DNA from: a virus
IMG/VR virus record: IMGVR_UViG_3300028388_003908
Span: 64,001-128,000 of that record
Direction: 5' to 3' (one strand)
Length of the DNA: 64,000 bases
The notes beneath the pieces were generated by a model. It saw only the letters and a program-made list of their open reading frames with translations, was not told the origin of the DNA and searched no databases. Position numbers and translations under genes: made by a program. Shown in pieces: positions 8,276 through 17,956 of this stretch (positions are counted from its first letter, which is position 1; the number at the start of each line of letters is the position of its first letter).

Positions 8276-9745
8276 TCAACCTGCCATATACGCGGTTCGG
8301 AATCTAGGATTCTGTCTCAAGAGACGATGAATCTGCTGTATAGAGGCTCTTCTAAATATCTTCTTGAAGAGGCTCTTACCGCCTTCCCAAATCTTAGAAC
8401 CTACGTTCTTTAAGAACTTGAATCCTTTGGCAAGGTCCTTAATGACTGCCACACTCACCGGCGCTAGAGACACACCTAATTTTCGGATAATCTGAGCAGT
8501 AGCTTTAGTGTCGGAGATTAAAACGATCAGTAGAATCACACCTAAGATCTTCACGATACCTAGACCTACCGTGGCGAGCGCTGTCTTCATCAAGAGCGCG
8601 ATTGCAGAAGCCTTTAGGATTGAGAGACCGAGCTTAACCACAATCAACTGATGATCAGGAATGCCGGTTGACACATATTGATTGAGATCCTCCCACTTAG
8701 TCATACCCCAATTCGCAAGGGTAATCTCTTTAGGATCAATCCCCAACATATCTCTAATCTCTGACGTACCTGTCCCCGCTACTTTAGCGACCTGAGCAGG
8801 TGTACGGGCAGAGAGCAATTGACCTATTACTTTGAGCGTAGAACTAAAATCACCTGCGCTCTTTAGACGACTCGCAATCAAGCGCTCATACTCGGTCTTA
8901 GGTTTCGTGCCTGCGTCTACAAGCACATGAACCTTTTTTGTAAGACCTTTCGCCTTCAGTACGTTCACGAAAAGATCAATCTCACCTTTGTTGATACCCT
9001 TGATCTTCTCTTTAAAATTGTTGATGATCTCAGAGAGATAACCCATACCTACAGCGTCTTTAACCTCGGGATTATCGAGCTGTTCCATCGCATCGTCCAT
9101 AGCGCCTGCGTATGCGGTCTTTGTATCTCCTATCACTAGAGATAGTACCTTACGCATACGATCAAACTCTCTCATAGAACCTGAGGCGATAATGGCTCTG
9201 CGGATCATCTGATTCTGCTCATGGGCAATCAGTACATTGTGAATAGAGGCTTGTCTGCTTCTCATATAAGAACCTTTCTTTTGTGTGTGTTTCTTTTTCC
9301 ATGCCCTCCACTTAGCGTGTTGAGGGCTAGATTTAAGCGAGGGATCGTGTCCCCAATTTCTAAGACTGATTTCCCATTTAGACATACCGCTGTCTTCTAT
9401 AGGCTCACCCGGCTCATTCCCGAGCATCCTGGAATTAAAGCCGTTCTCTTGCGAGGCGTTGTCGAAATCGTCTGCGCTCCAATCCTCAAAAGGCTTGGAT
9501 TTCCTGCGCTTAATCCGATGGAAAGAGTCGTAACCTGATTGTATACCGCCAGAATCCTTAGCCTCTGATCTGTTGATAGAGGCGAGCAATCTCCGTTCAT
9601 CCTCAGCCCATTTATCAAGCGCATCTTGACTCATGTTAATGAGCTTATGCCACTTGTCATATATCTCACGCTTTTCTTTGTCGGAGCGCGCCTTCGCTGA
9701 TCGGTACATACATCTGCCCCTATCTCTTTTCTTAGAGACAGACAA
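8276..9745 (-). CDS. Multidomain protein: DUF3140-like N-domain plus C-terminal membrane segments (likely start 9712)
   Basis: WHKLINMS...KWEISLRNWGHDP; hydrophobic LGIVKILGVILLIVLI; RSAK, RQAS, KTAY, KSAG, RRAS motifs. Confidence 0.65.
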   Translation of the reverse strand: MSVSKKRDRGRCMYRSAKARSDKEKREIYDKWHKLINMSQDALDKWAEDERRLLASINRSEAKDSGGIQSGYDSFHRIKRRKSKPFEDWSADDFDNASQENGFNSRMLGNEPGEPIEDSGMSKWEISLRNWGHDPSLKSSPQHAKWRAWKKKHTQKKGSYMRSRQASIHNVLIAHEQNQMIRRAIIASGSMREFDRMRKVLSLVIGDTKTAYAGAMDDAMEQLDNPEVKDAVGMGYLSEIINNFKEKIKGINKGEIDLFVNVLKAKGLTKKVHVLVDAGTKPKTEYERLIASRLKSAGDFSSTLKVIGQLLSARTPAQVAKVAGTGTSEIRDMLGIDPKEITLANWGMTKWEDLNQYVSTGIPDHQLIVVKLGLSILKASAIALLMKTALATVGLGIVKILGVILLIVLISDTKATAQIIRKLGVSLAPVSVAVIKDLAKGFKFLKNVGSKIWEGGKSLFKKIFRRASIQQIHRLLRQNPRFRTAYMAG

Positions 9746-9760
9746 TATATAAAAAGGTAA

Positions 9761-10837
9761 TCACCACACCTTGAAATAGAGACCTAGCGAAGGAGCGTGA
9801 TATCCGTCCTTGAACAGATAGTCATATCCGACAAAAGGCGCGATGTTCACCTCTCTACCTAAGACCTCAGGATGCCAGCTTGCAAACCCGCCTACGCCTA
9901 AGCCTCGATTCTCTGAGAACACGCCTCTAACACCTAGACGATAGCGACCCTTAGATAGATTGATCATCGAAGTCCCCGCGCTCGCCATCAAGCCTTCCTC
10001 ATAGATGTACCCAAATCCGGCGAGTACGGATAAATCGAACAAACCAAGCTCTTTAGCTTGATAAACCTGCGTAGGTGAGTAGATCGACAACCCTTGATAA
10101 CGCGGGTCGTCTGACAGGATTTTATCCTCTGCCAAGGCTACGAATTCTCCCTTGTCGTCAAGATAACCCGCCATCAAATGGATGCCTTGATTACGCACTA
10201 GACCATCTTCCGGATTGTTGGGGTCTGCTCTGTAAGTGAGCGCTGTCACTTTAAAGGCGAGATTTAGATCCAAGCGCGTTTCGTCTCCCCAAAGGTTGTC
10301 TGAAGCAAAGCGAGCCACAGGTTGTCCATTAACCCTATGCTCACTTTCCCAAGCGAACACGAAAGGGGCGCATCTGCTCGGATCTGATTTGCACCATGAA
10401 AGCTCCTCAGCGGTAATACCTTCCCACACCGTAGGGGCGGGTTCAGAGGGCTTTTCCGAGGGCTTACCTACTCTACTTGACCCCTTATCTAAGGAAACCT
10501 TTACCTGCTTAAAAGCCCTCGTTACCATGTCGATACGAGCGTTGGTGCTTTTCATATAGCGATCAATAGACGAGCGCGTCTCTGCGCTCAGATCTCTTGT
10601 TATGCTCTCGGTTCTGCGCTGAAGCTCCTCATGCGTCACCATACGAGATTCAACCTGTCTTATATCCTCTCGGGCAGAGGCGATAAGACGTGCGTTTTCT
10701 GAGAGCTTTCCTTCTAGCTGTTCGCTTACGACCTTGGCTAGTGTGCTCGCGTCCTCCGATTTAGACGCTTGTTTATAGAGCAACACAGATGACACCATCA
10801 CATAAGCGCCTATTGCGTATTGTAGATAAGGGTTCAT
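9761..10837 (-). CDS. Envelope protein: N-terminal TM, coiled coil, C-terminal beta-strand domain
   Basis: Hydrophobic N-terminus; alternating Gly/aromatic strands ending SLGLYFKVW. Confidence 0.6.
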   Translation of the reverse strand: MNPYLQYAIGAYVMVSSVLLYKQASKSEDASTLAKVVSEQLEGKLSENARLIASAREDIRQVESRMVTHEELQRRTESITRDLSAETRSSIDRYMKSTNARIDMVTRAFKQVKVSLDKGSSRVGKPSEKPSEPAPTVWEGITAEELSWCKSDPSRCAPFVFAWESEHRVNGQPVARFASDNLWGDETRLDLNLAFKVTALTYRADPNNPEDGLVRNQGIHLMAGYLDDKGEFVALAEDKILSDDPRYQGLSIYSPTQVYQAKELGLFDLSVLAGFGYIYEEGLMASAGTSMINLSKGRYRLGVRGVFSENRGLGVGGFASWHPEVLGREVNIAPFVGYDYLFKDGYHAPSLGLYFKVW

Positions 10838-10880
10838 ATTTTAGTCCTTGTACTGGTTTCAGAGGATTAAGGACTAAAAT
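10838..10880 (-). promoter_or_regulatory. Hairpin covering the RBS of ORF 10837
   Basis: 12-bp perfect IR ATTTTAGTCCTT/AAGGACTAAAAT abutting the ATG. Confidence 0.55.
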
Positions 10881-10888
10881 GTGAGCCC

Positions 10889-11299
10889 TTACCTCCACAT
10901 ATCATTACGAGTAAAAAAACTATCTAAGTAAGTAGGTTGCGATTTCTTCTCGTAGTATTCATCATACGTCTCTCCGAGAAAATTGTACTTTTCCTTGCAT
11001 ACGGGACAAGTGCTTATGCGTCTTGCGTCAACATCAAACCACGTTGAACAGCAACGAATCTGCGCTGGAAAGTAGATTGTGAAGACCTTGCTCTTTTCAA
11101 ATCTGAGCACCCCGCCCTTCTTAAAGCTCTCGGGCAAGGGCCCGTAATCTTGCTCATGTATCTGCTTGAATTCTTGAACAGAATCCACACGACCCAAGAC
11201 GAATCGCTCCTCCCCTTCAAAAGATTTCAAGACGGTAGCGTCTGCGATTAAAGAGGAGTGGGAACCTTGCTTTTTCTCAACCGGCATGATGACCTCCAA
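10889..11299 (-). CDS. Hypothetical zinc-ribbon protein
   Basis: IRCC...TCPVC; QPTYLDSFF near C-terminus. Confidence 0.6.
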   Translation of the reverse strand: MEVIMPVEKKQGSHSSLIADATVLKSFEGEERFVLGRVDSVQEFKQIHEQDYGPLPESFKKGGVLRFEKSKVFTIYFPAQIRCCSTWFDVDARRISTCPVCKEKYNFLGETYDEYYEKKSQPTYLDSFFTRNDMWR

Positions 11300-11328
11300 G
11301 AATGACGTTTACGTCTGCTCTTAGAGTA

Positions 11329-12609
11329 TCAGCCCTTGGTTATGTAATAATCATCCGAGAGAAGGTCGATACACTTTTGCGTCTCTTTATCCTCTCTCAC
11401 CTCAGACAGCCCCTTGCCGTGTGAAGATTCGATCTTCACCTTGTAGTAGAGATAAGGCTTATTAGACATGACGTGAGGTATCAAGAGCGTTTGACCATAA
11501 TCCTCGATTGTGCCTAGATCCCTGGCTGCGTCTGACTCAAACACAAACTTGATGCCCTCACGCTCTACCGTAAAGCCCTCATAGATAGATCTCAGATTAT
11601 CGTTGTACGCGCTGAAGTTCTTAGCGTCCCATTTGTCGTAAATGCGCTCCTTGAACATCTTAGCGAGCTCGGGACGCAAGAACTTAGCTACCTCTTTAGC
11701 CTTGTCACCGTCTCCCAAACTAAGAGCATTAGTAGCCTCGCTCTCGTCCATCTTCATCTCAATGTTCAAGCCGTAGTTGAATGGGCCTACCCAACCTTCC
11801 CCGTTGGAGCGTAGCATAGATCCATCGGCTTGGGTCAGGATAACAGAGGGTCTAAAGCGCTTGGGCAGATAAGCTAGACGAGAGGAGCCCTTCTTGGTCA
11901 GCGTATATCCTTTGCTCTCTAGCACCTCTTTACAATGCGCCTTCTCTAGATCCTCTTTGGTAATACGAGATCTGTTACCGCCCATGACGCTCACAATGTT
12001 AATAACAACGGTCGAAGCGCTAGGCGTCTTAACCGCTATGTCTCCTCGTCTTGTCTTGAGCAAATCACTATGATTAGGGAAGTTAACAGGCGCCATAACA
12101 TAGAGCAGATTGTCCCCGTTTGAGGGGGCCTTGATTTTCTCACTACCGCCGGTGCCTTGGGAAAACCATTTAAATATCTTGTTGTAATCAGAGACGTTTT
12201 TACTATTCCAAGCCTGCTCCATCTTAAGAAAGGTGTGCTTCACCATATTATGCACATCTCCGGATGTGATACAGCGCAAGTCCATTCGATGTTGAGCATG
12301 GGACGTAAGTCTCACCCCGATCTTGAACGTGTCTTTTCCGGACCAAGGACTGCCGTCAGACAGCTTCATGCTGTGCTTTACGCTCACCACGAAATCCGGA
12401 TCAGATGATGCAGGATAGATTTTCTTCTCTAGCGTGTTTGTGAGGAAAGTCTGATTTCTAAGCTGATCAGACACCTCAAATCTCATGTTCTCGGGCGCTC
12501 TCTTGAGTACAAGATCAGGTCCACATTCCTTGCGATCCCCTAAATCGTCAAAACGTGAGCGCGCTGTTCTCATCATAGCTCTAATGATCTGTCTTCTGGA
12601 TGTCCTCAT
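11329..12609 (-). CDS. Hypothetical multidomain protein with possible nuclease/toxin-like domain
   Basis: LTSHAQHRMDLRCIT resembles the DUF4258-like T.HA..RM.ER.I motif; RTAR and RLAY linkers. Confidence 0.5.
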   Translation of the reverse strand: MRTSRRQIIRAMMRTARSRFDDLGDRKECGPDLVLKRAPENMRFEVSDQLRNQTFLTNTLEKKIYPASSDPDFVVSVKHSMKLSDGSPWSGKDTFKIGVRLTSHAQHRMDLRCITSGDVHNMVKHTFLKMEQAWNSKNVSDYNKIFKWFSQGTGGSEKIKAPSNGDNLLYVMAPVNFPNHSDLLKTRRGDIAVKTPSASTVVINIVSVMGGNRSRITKEDLEKAHCKEVLESKGYTLTKKGSSRLAYLPKRFRPSVILTQADGSMLRSNGEGWVGPFNYGLNIEMKMDESEATNALSLGDGDKAKEVAKFLRPELAKMFKERIYDKWDAKNFSAYNDNLRSIYEGFTVEREGIKFVFESDAARDLGTIEDYGQTLLIPHVMSNKPYLYYKVKIESSHGKGLSEVREDKETQKCIDLLSDDYYITKG

Positions 12610-12878
12610 TTCTTCTCCCCTTTATCAGGACCGTCTACCGTGTCTAGTACGTTGTTGGCTACATGGGTGTACTTATCTAAGGCAGCCTGACCTAAGATAT
12701 AACCTACTTGGATGAAACCGCTCACGATAATGAGCGTTATCAAGACCATGAAAGAGTAATGCTCGATCTTGTTCTGATAGGTGTAAAGCAGATAAAACAT
12801 GGCGAGTTTCCAGCCAGCCTCTGCGATCAAATAAGCTAAGAATTTCTTGCTCTTTAAAGGTAGTTTTCCCATCTTCAT
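12606..12878 (-). CDS. Two-TM membrane protein, holin candidate
   Basis: SKKFLAYLIA start, 2 TM segments, YILGQAALD, charged tail. Confidence 0.5.
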   Translation of the reverse strand: MKMGKLPLKSKKFLAYLIAEAGWKLAMFYLLYTYQNKIEHYSFMVLITLIIVSGFIQVGYILGQAALDKYTHVANNVLDTVDGPDKGEKK

Positions 12879-13225
12879 CGCCTCACAACGAGTTTATTGG
12901 AGCCCTCTACAACCCTGCGCGCTTGCACAGGTAGATTGACTCTTGTGTCATTAAGTTTTGTCTGTACGCGGTCCTCTATGATCTGAGGCTCCTCGTCACC
13001 GATAAGAGATCTTGGGCTGTCTCTCAACATCTCGTCCAAGCGCGCCTTCTCATCAGCCTCCAACAAGCTGTATGCAGAAGGAAAGTCCTCTCTCGCCTTG
13101 GGATTCTCTCTCAAGAACTCTGCGATAATGTAGAGAGGCAACACAGGCGGATTGTCCGTGTCCTCTATGCCTTTGAGCGTGTTGAGACCGTTGTTTTGAC
13201 GTATCCAAAAGTTTGACATGATCAT
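12875..13225 (-). CDS. Hypothetical protein
   Basis: ORF with GAGG RBS; TAATCCTTTTAT upstream (13256-13267). Confidence 0.6.
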   Translation of the reverse strand: MIMSNFWIRQNNGLNTLKGIEDTDNPPVLPLYIIAEFLRENPKAREDFPSAYSLLEADEKARLDEMLRDSPRSLIGDEEPQIIEDRVQTKLNDTRVNLPVQARRVVEGSNKLVVRR

Positions 13226-13325
13226 CCTCTATCTACTCTTTAACCGTGCTAGAGGATAAAAGGATTAAGACAGATAATCTAAGACATAGCGCTTCAGTCA
13301 CACAAGCAAACACAGGAGGTAGACG

Positions 13326-14390
13326 ATGAAGCGCTGTTTTATGATCGGCGGTATGCCCGACCAGCAAAAGAAATTCCTCGATAAGGTCAACGCGATTGGC
13401 TATCCTCTTGAGTACATCGGAGGATACGATTCAGACGTTAACCCTTCTAATATGAGGATCCCATCCGATTGCGTCTGCATGATACTAAAAGACAAGATCT
13501 CACATAAGCAGAGAGATCTCGCTAAGTCTATGTGCGCGAGTCGTGAAGACGTTATCTTTATCGAGACCGCAAGTAAGATTTCAAAAGCGGTTGATACACT
13601 GGCAGTCGTGTTAGGTCATAACGAGATTTACCAGAGCTACGCTCATGTTGAGCATGACAGACCTTTGTCGGAAGAGGAACAAGGGGAAGATCCTTCCTTC
13701 TTAAACGCTGTTCTTAACGTGCCTTGGGCTATGTTCCCCTATGACCCTCGTCATTCTGGATCTCGTAAAAATCTGAGCAACTATTGGCTCAACACCTATC
13801 GTAAAAATGACACAGCGCAGAGCGCGTTTTTACCTTCAATGTCAGAGGTTAAGAAAGGTCTCAAAATCCACCCCATGCTACACGCCTCCGATCTGCTACG
13901 ACAGCACGATAAGCCTGGACGCAAAGAGACCGCGATTCTATCTGCTAAGGCATGGCTCTTGGGGGCAGAGGAGAGTGGATATACGTTCCTCTCAAAACAC
14001 GCGCTGAATCGCGCTCTTAGCATGACTTTTGGACTCACACCGGAAGATCTGCCCGAGGCGCTTTGGTGTGAACTCTTAAAGAAGCCAGAGAAGAAATCCA
14101 AAACGAAAACGACCAAACCCACCGAGAACCCCATCACCGAGAACCCCATCACCGAGGAGACAGAGAACGTGACCGATACGAATCAAGAAGTCCGAGACGA
14201 GGTGCTTATCCATGCAGAGCAAGATGAAGGCGTTTACATCTGTGGCGCGCTCTTACAGATCACAGGTGATCTCTCCGTCAAGGCCATCTCCGTAGATGAT
14301 CTGCTTGTCTGCGGTCCATATAACGTCTCCATCGGCAAGGTTGAAGATGGCATCTTACATGACGTGCTTGTCTCTCTCGTTAAAGGTTAA
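13326..14390 (+). CDS. Hypothetical protein with DUF2325-like N-domain
   Basis: MIGG...ILKDKISHK...AK pattern; AGGAGG RBS; PITEN repeats. Confidence 0.55.
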   Translation: MKRCFMIGGMPDQQKKFLDKVNAIGYPLEYIGGYDSDVNPSNMRIPSDCVCMILKDKISHKQRDLAKSMCASREDVIFIETASKISKAVDTLAVVLGHNEIYQSYAHVEHDRPLSEEEQGEDPSFLNAVLNVPWAMFPYDPRHSGSRKNLSNYWLNTYRKNDTAQSAFLPSMSEVKKGLKIHPMLHASDLLRQHDKPGRKETAILSAKAWLLGAEESGYTFLSKHALNRALSMTFGLTPEDLPEALWCELLKKPEKKSKTKTTKPTENPITENPITEETENVTDTNQEVRDEVLIHAEQDEGVYICGALLQITGDLSVKAISVDDLLVCGPYNVSIGKVEDGILHDVLVSLVKG

Positions 14391-14395
14391 TCATC

Positions 14396-15016
14396 ATGTA
14401 TAGCATGAGCACAATATCTAAAGATTTTGTCGATTATCCTTATCTTCATTTTCCGGAGATACCTCCTGTCTCACATAAGCTCGCTGGTCTGAGACGTATA
14501 TGGGAGCTTAACCGTAAAGAACTCACCGATGTGAATCTCGGGCGCAACGATTTCATGGATTTGATGTGTTATCTAAGGCGTTTAGATGACAACCCATCAG
14601 ATGAAACCTGTCCCAAGCGCAATCTGACCAAGCGCTGGTTACAAGGATGGATAGAATCAAATCCTCCTTTTGAAGGATCAGCCCTCTTAAAGGAAGCAAG
14701 CTATCTAGCCCGATGCGTCTTTAATTGGGAAGCGCCGGTACACGATCTGCTCTTAGAGGTTCTTGATGACTTTGATGTAGAGGAGGAGACCACTGAGCCT
14801 GTTGAGGAGGAGACCACTGAGCCTGTTGAGATGGAGAGCGCGTCCCCTATCAAATCTTGGAGCGTTCTAAACCTCACGATAAAGGGCGCAGGGGAGGTCT
14901 TTATCGGGGAGGTGAGCAACACCCCTCTCTCGATTGAGGGTGACGTTAAAGTACACATAAAAGGCGCAGAAGGAGACAAGATCTACGGTCTTCGTGTCAC
15001 CTCTAAAGATCAGTGA
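14396..15016 (+). CDS. Hypothetical protein, similar architecture to C-terminal half of preceding gene
   Basis: Acidic EEETTEPV x2 linker, then beta-rich C-terminus like ORF 13326. Confidence 0.55.
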   Translation: MYSMSTISKDFVDYPYLHFPEIPPVSHKLAGLRRIWELNRKELTDVNLGRNDFMDLMCYLRRLDDNPSDETCPKRNLTKRWLQGWIESNPPFEGSALLKEASYLARCVFNWEAPVHDLLLEVLDDFDVEEETTEPVEEETTEPVEMESASPIKSWSVLNLTIKGAGEVFIGEVSNTPLSIEGDVKVHIKGAEGDKIYGLRVTSKDQ

Positions 15017-16258
15017 TTCTGATTCTCCCATGTGACCGTGCGACCCGCTACCTCAGCCTGCGCTGATATGCTCTTTTTGTCGGTTACCATCGGTGTCGCG
15101 CTGTCTGCACTAACAGGATAAGGGGCGTCTGATCTCGCGTCATACGTCTCTCTTATCGTGTTGTAAGAGAAGCTATAACGAGGCCATATTGAAGGCACAC
15201 CATCTACAGGAACCTTATAGCGTATGTCGTTTGAATCGAGATACGCTATGTTGAAATGCTGTTGTAGGATATTTCCTCTGTTAGATGTGCTCTTTACGTC
15301 TACCTTGTGATAGCTGAGAGATCCTACGCTCAGCCTCATCGGGAGCGATGATTAATTCATAAGGACCATCATAGCCTCCTAAGATGCCCGTACCAAAGCA
15401 ACCGAGACAGAGCGAATCCGGATGCTTTCCGTAGGTGATGGTCTGAGGATCAAAAGCGGAGCAAGCGCAAGGCTGACCGGTCAATCTGCGGGTGAAGAAC
15501 TTAACGCGCTCGCCTCCTTGCTCAAGCATCCAATTGTTTCTTCGGATGCCCTCTCGCCAGATGTAATCAATCTTCTCTATATCAGCATCGGAAACGGGCT
15601 GACAGCGATCTAAAGGTGTCTCATATAGCTCACCAGTGGCGGTGTCTTCAGCGACCGTAGAAACCCTATAAAACGAGCGCTTGTCGATACGCTTAACAGA
15701 GGGATCATAAGAGAGATAAGAGATAGTCACCTCGTCTTGATCCGTAATGGTTAAGCTGGCGCCTTTGCGTAAGAGCACAGGATCAGGATGATAGGCTGCC
15801 TCTAGACTGACCTCCCCGGTGTTACCCATGACGGTGCGCGCCGGTATCTCTGACCCATTTAAGAGCACCATCACATCTCTACCCGAGAAGGAAGGCTCTG
15901 AGTAGAGATAAGGTGACGCTATCGGATATTGAGTACGAAAGCGCCATGGGTCTTCAGCTTGATCTCCGAAGCTAATCCAACTCGTCACAACCTCGTCATG
16001 TACGGGCGTCACCGCGTAGGCGTCCCGATAGAACGTACCGCCTACGGGGAGCAGATTAATGCGCTTGTAAGGTCCTCTGTCAGAGCCTTGAGAACGATAA
16101 ATGTTAACCCCTCTTATGAGCCATCCTTCGTTCTCATGTATCTCCGCAGGGGAAGACCATCTAAGGTCAATAACACCCCTCTTATAAGGGGAGAGCGCGT
16201 TGACCGTCTTAGGGGGTAAGGGCCAAGGGCCTCTCGATAAATTCCATCCTGCGGTCAT
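15010..16258 (-). CDS. Probable virion (neck/head-completion-like) protein with FN3-like start and Zn finger, split by a +1 frame change near 15286
   Basis: IDLRW...GVNIYRS (FN3-like), CACS..CLGCFGTG; ORF 15281-16258 overlaps ORF 15010-15339, which has no convincing start. Confidence 0.5.
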
Positions 16259-16277
16259 ACGCGCTCCTTACATGATG

Positions 16278-16562
16278 TTAACCCTCTGCGGAGGTGTCTT
16301 CATCATCAGTAAGAACAATAAAAGAACCATCTTGGTCCACCTTCCAAGAGGTCTCCTCTGTGACCTCAAAGCGATCACGAACGTCTACGAGCAACTGACG
16401 AGCAGCCTGCTCATTAGCCTCAAGTTGAGCGGTCAAGCGCGACTTCTGCCACTCAAGGTTTCCGATCTGATTCAAGATCTGAGTGGTGAGATTACGCCTC
16501 GTAGTGAGCGTGTTCTTCTCTTCGTCAGTGAGCGTGCCAAGTGTCTTCTCTGTCTGTGCCAT
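16278..16562 (-). CDS. Small coiled-coil hypothetical protein
   Basis: AAAGGA RBS; AGTATAAT upstream. Confidence 0.6.
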   Translation of the reverse strand: MAQTEKTLGTLTDEEKNTLTTRRNLTTQILNQIGNLEWQKSRLTAQLEANEQAARQLLVDVRDRFEVTEETSWKVDQDGSFIVLTDDEDTSAEG

Positions 16563-16611
16563 GATTCAGTCCTTTCAAGATGCAAGATAACATGGTCACA
16601 GCATTATACTC

Positions 16612-16908
16612 TCACTTAGCGACAGCGCCTTCCTTATCTCGACATAATCTAGGAAGCTCTCTCACATATAAATGAATCTGCTCGGCTTCTGCCTTCATGT
16701 CTTGAGCGTCTCTCTGCATGATCTCAACCCCTCCAAGAGCGTGATTACTTGGAGGACCGACAAAAGATTTCTGCTCAAGATTGGGGCTTTTGATTTTTAG
16801 TCTAGTAACCTTCTTCTCCTTCTTTGATTCTTTTTCCGAGGAAGAACCACACGATGGAAGCAGAGCCCATACGCAGAAGGATATGACGACAAAAAGTAGC
16901 GTTTTCAT
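16612..16908 (-). CDS. Lipoprotein, o-spanin candidate
   Basis: Signal peptide with lipobox-like LLPSC followed by GSSS. Confidence 0.5.
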   Translation of the reverse strand: MKTLLFVVISFCVWALLPSCGSSSEKESKKEKKVTRLKIKSPNLEQKSFVGPPSNHALGGVEIMQRDAQDMKAEAEQIHLYVRELPRLCRDKEGAVAK

Positions 16909-17186
16909 TGACGGATCTCCTGCAACATACGTCTAATGTCCTCTAACATGAGACGGGTGCGCTCAAGATCTTTTCTTATCTGCTCAAGCGCTTGAGCGTT
17001 AAGCTCGACCTTGGTCATGGAAGCCTTACATTCTTTCAGACCTTGTGTATTTTCGGTCTGCTCTCTCTCGATAAGAGCAAGCTGAACGCTAATGCTATTT
17101 ACCCACAATAAGATTGGGATAATCAGCACTGATAAGATCTTAAATCCAAGGTCGATGATGTTCTTGTTATTTTCGCTGTTAGACAT
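16905..17186 (-). CDS. Single-TM coiled-coil protein, i-spanin candidate
   Basis: TM ILSVLIIPILLWV then heptad helix; 4-bp overlap with lipoprotein gene. Confidence 0.5.
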   Translation of the reverse strand: MSNSENNKNIIDLGFKILSVLIIPILLWVNSISVQLALIEREQTENTQGLKECKASMTKVELNAQALEQIRKDLERTRLMLEDIRRMLQEIRQ

Positions 17187-17210
17187 GATCTTACGTCCCC
17201 CTAAAACCGA

Positions 17211-17954
17211 TCAAACTCGGAAGTATGATCTCAAGCTCTTGAAGGTCTCCACATCCTCTTTAGAAGGAGATTGACCTGCCACAGCATTAAGACCGAGCGT
17301 CTTAATCGCATCCATCGCTCTCTGATCGCCTTGTGAGCGCGCCCTACGGAAAAGCTCTCTCAAGATCTCAGCGTCAAGAGGTGCAACAGGAGTAGAGACG
17401 TTTTGTCCATTACCTGCGCCTTGCATGGACAAGATTCTCTGCTCTTGAGAAGGCCAAAGAACATAACCCTTAGTCAGAGATTGATGATTCTTTACGAGAC
17501 CTTGATTGCTCGCCCAATTGGGCACCGATTCGATATGTGCAATCCACTCTTGAGTGTACTTAGCGCGATCTGGTACACGCGCTATGTTGTCGTAAAAATC
17601 CGCCTTATCAGAGTAGACCCCAACCCAATGCAAGATACCCTCAAGCCAAGTCTTTTTCCAATTGGTCGTGCGGTGGAAGCGCGCTCTATCTCTCGCCTTT
17701 CTATTTAAGACAAGAGAAGGATAAAGACGAGACACAAGAGTCAGATTCATAGACGCTTTGCCTTTGCCCTTAGCGTCATCTGTTGTCCCAATCGTTGAAC
17801 TCAGTTTCACGCTCACCATCTCCGAAAGATGAATTAGATAAACGCCTTTAAATCCTGAGACGCGAGACCAGCCCTTGATCTTGGGATTACTCTTAATCGA
17901 ATCTAACCATGATTCGAGTTCTGCGCGTGATATTTGAACATATGTTGCAGCCAT
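17211..17954 (-). CDS. Hypothetical protein
   Basis: 247-aa ORF in operon. Confidence 0.65.
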   Translation of the reverse strand: MAATYVQISRAELESWLDSIKSNPKIKGWSRVSGFKGVYLIHLSEMVSVKLSSTIGTTDDAKGKGKASMNLTLVSRLYPSLVLNRKARDRARFHRTTNWKKTWLEGILHWVGVYSDKADFYDNIARVPDRAKYTQEWIAHIESVPNWASNQGLVKNHQSLTKGYVLWPSQEQRILSMQGAGNGQNVSTPVAPLDAEILRELFRRARSQGDQRAMDAIKTLGLNAVAGQSPSKEDVETFKSLRSYFRV

Positions 17955-17956
17955 TT

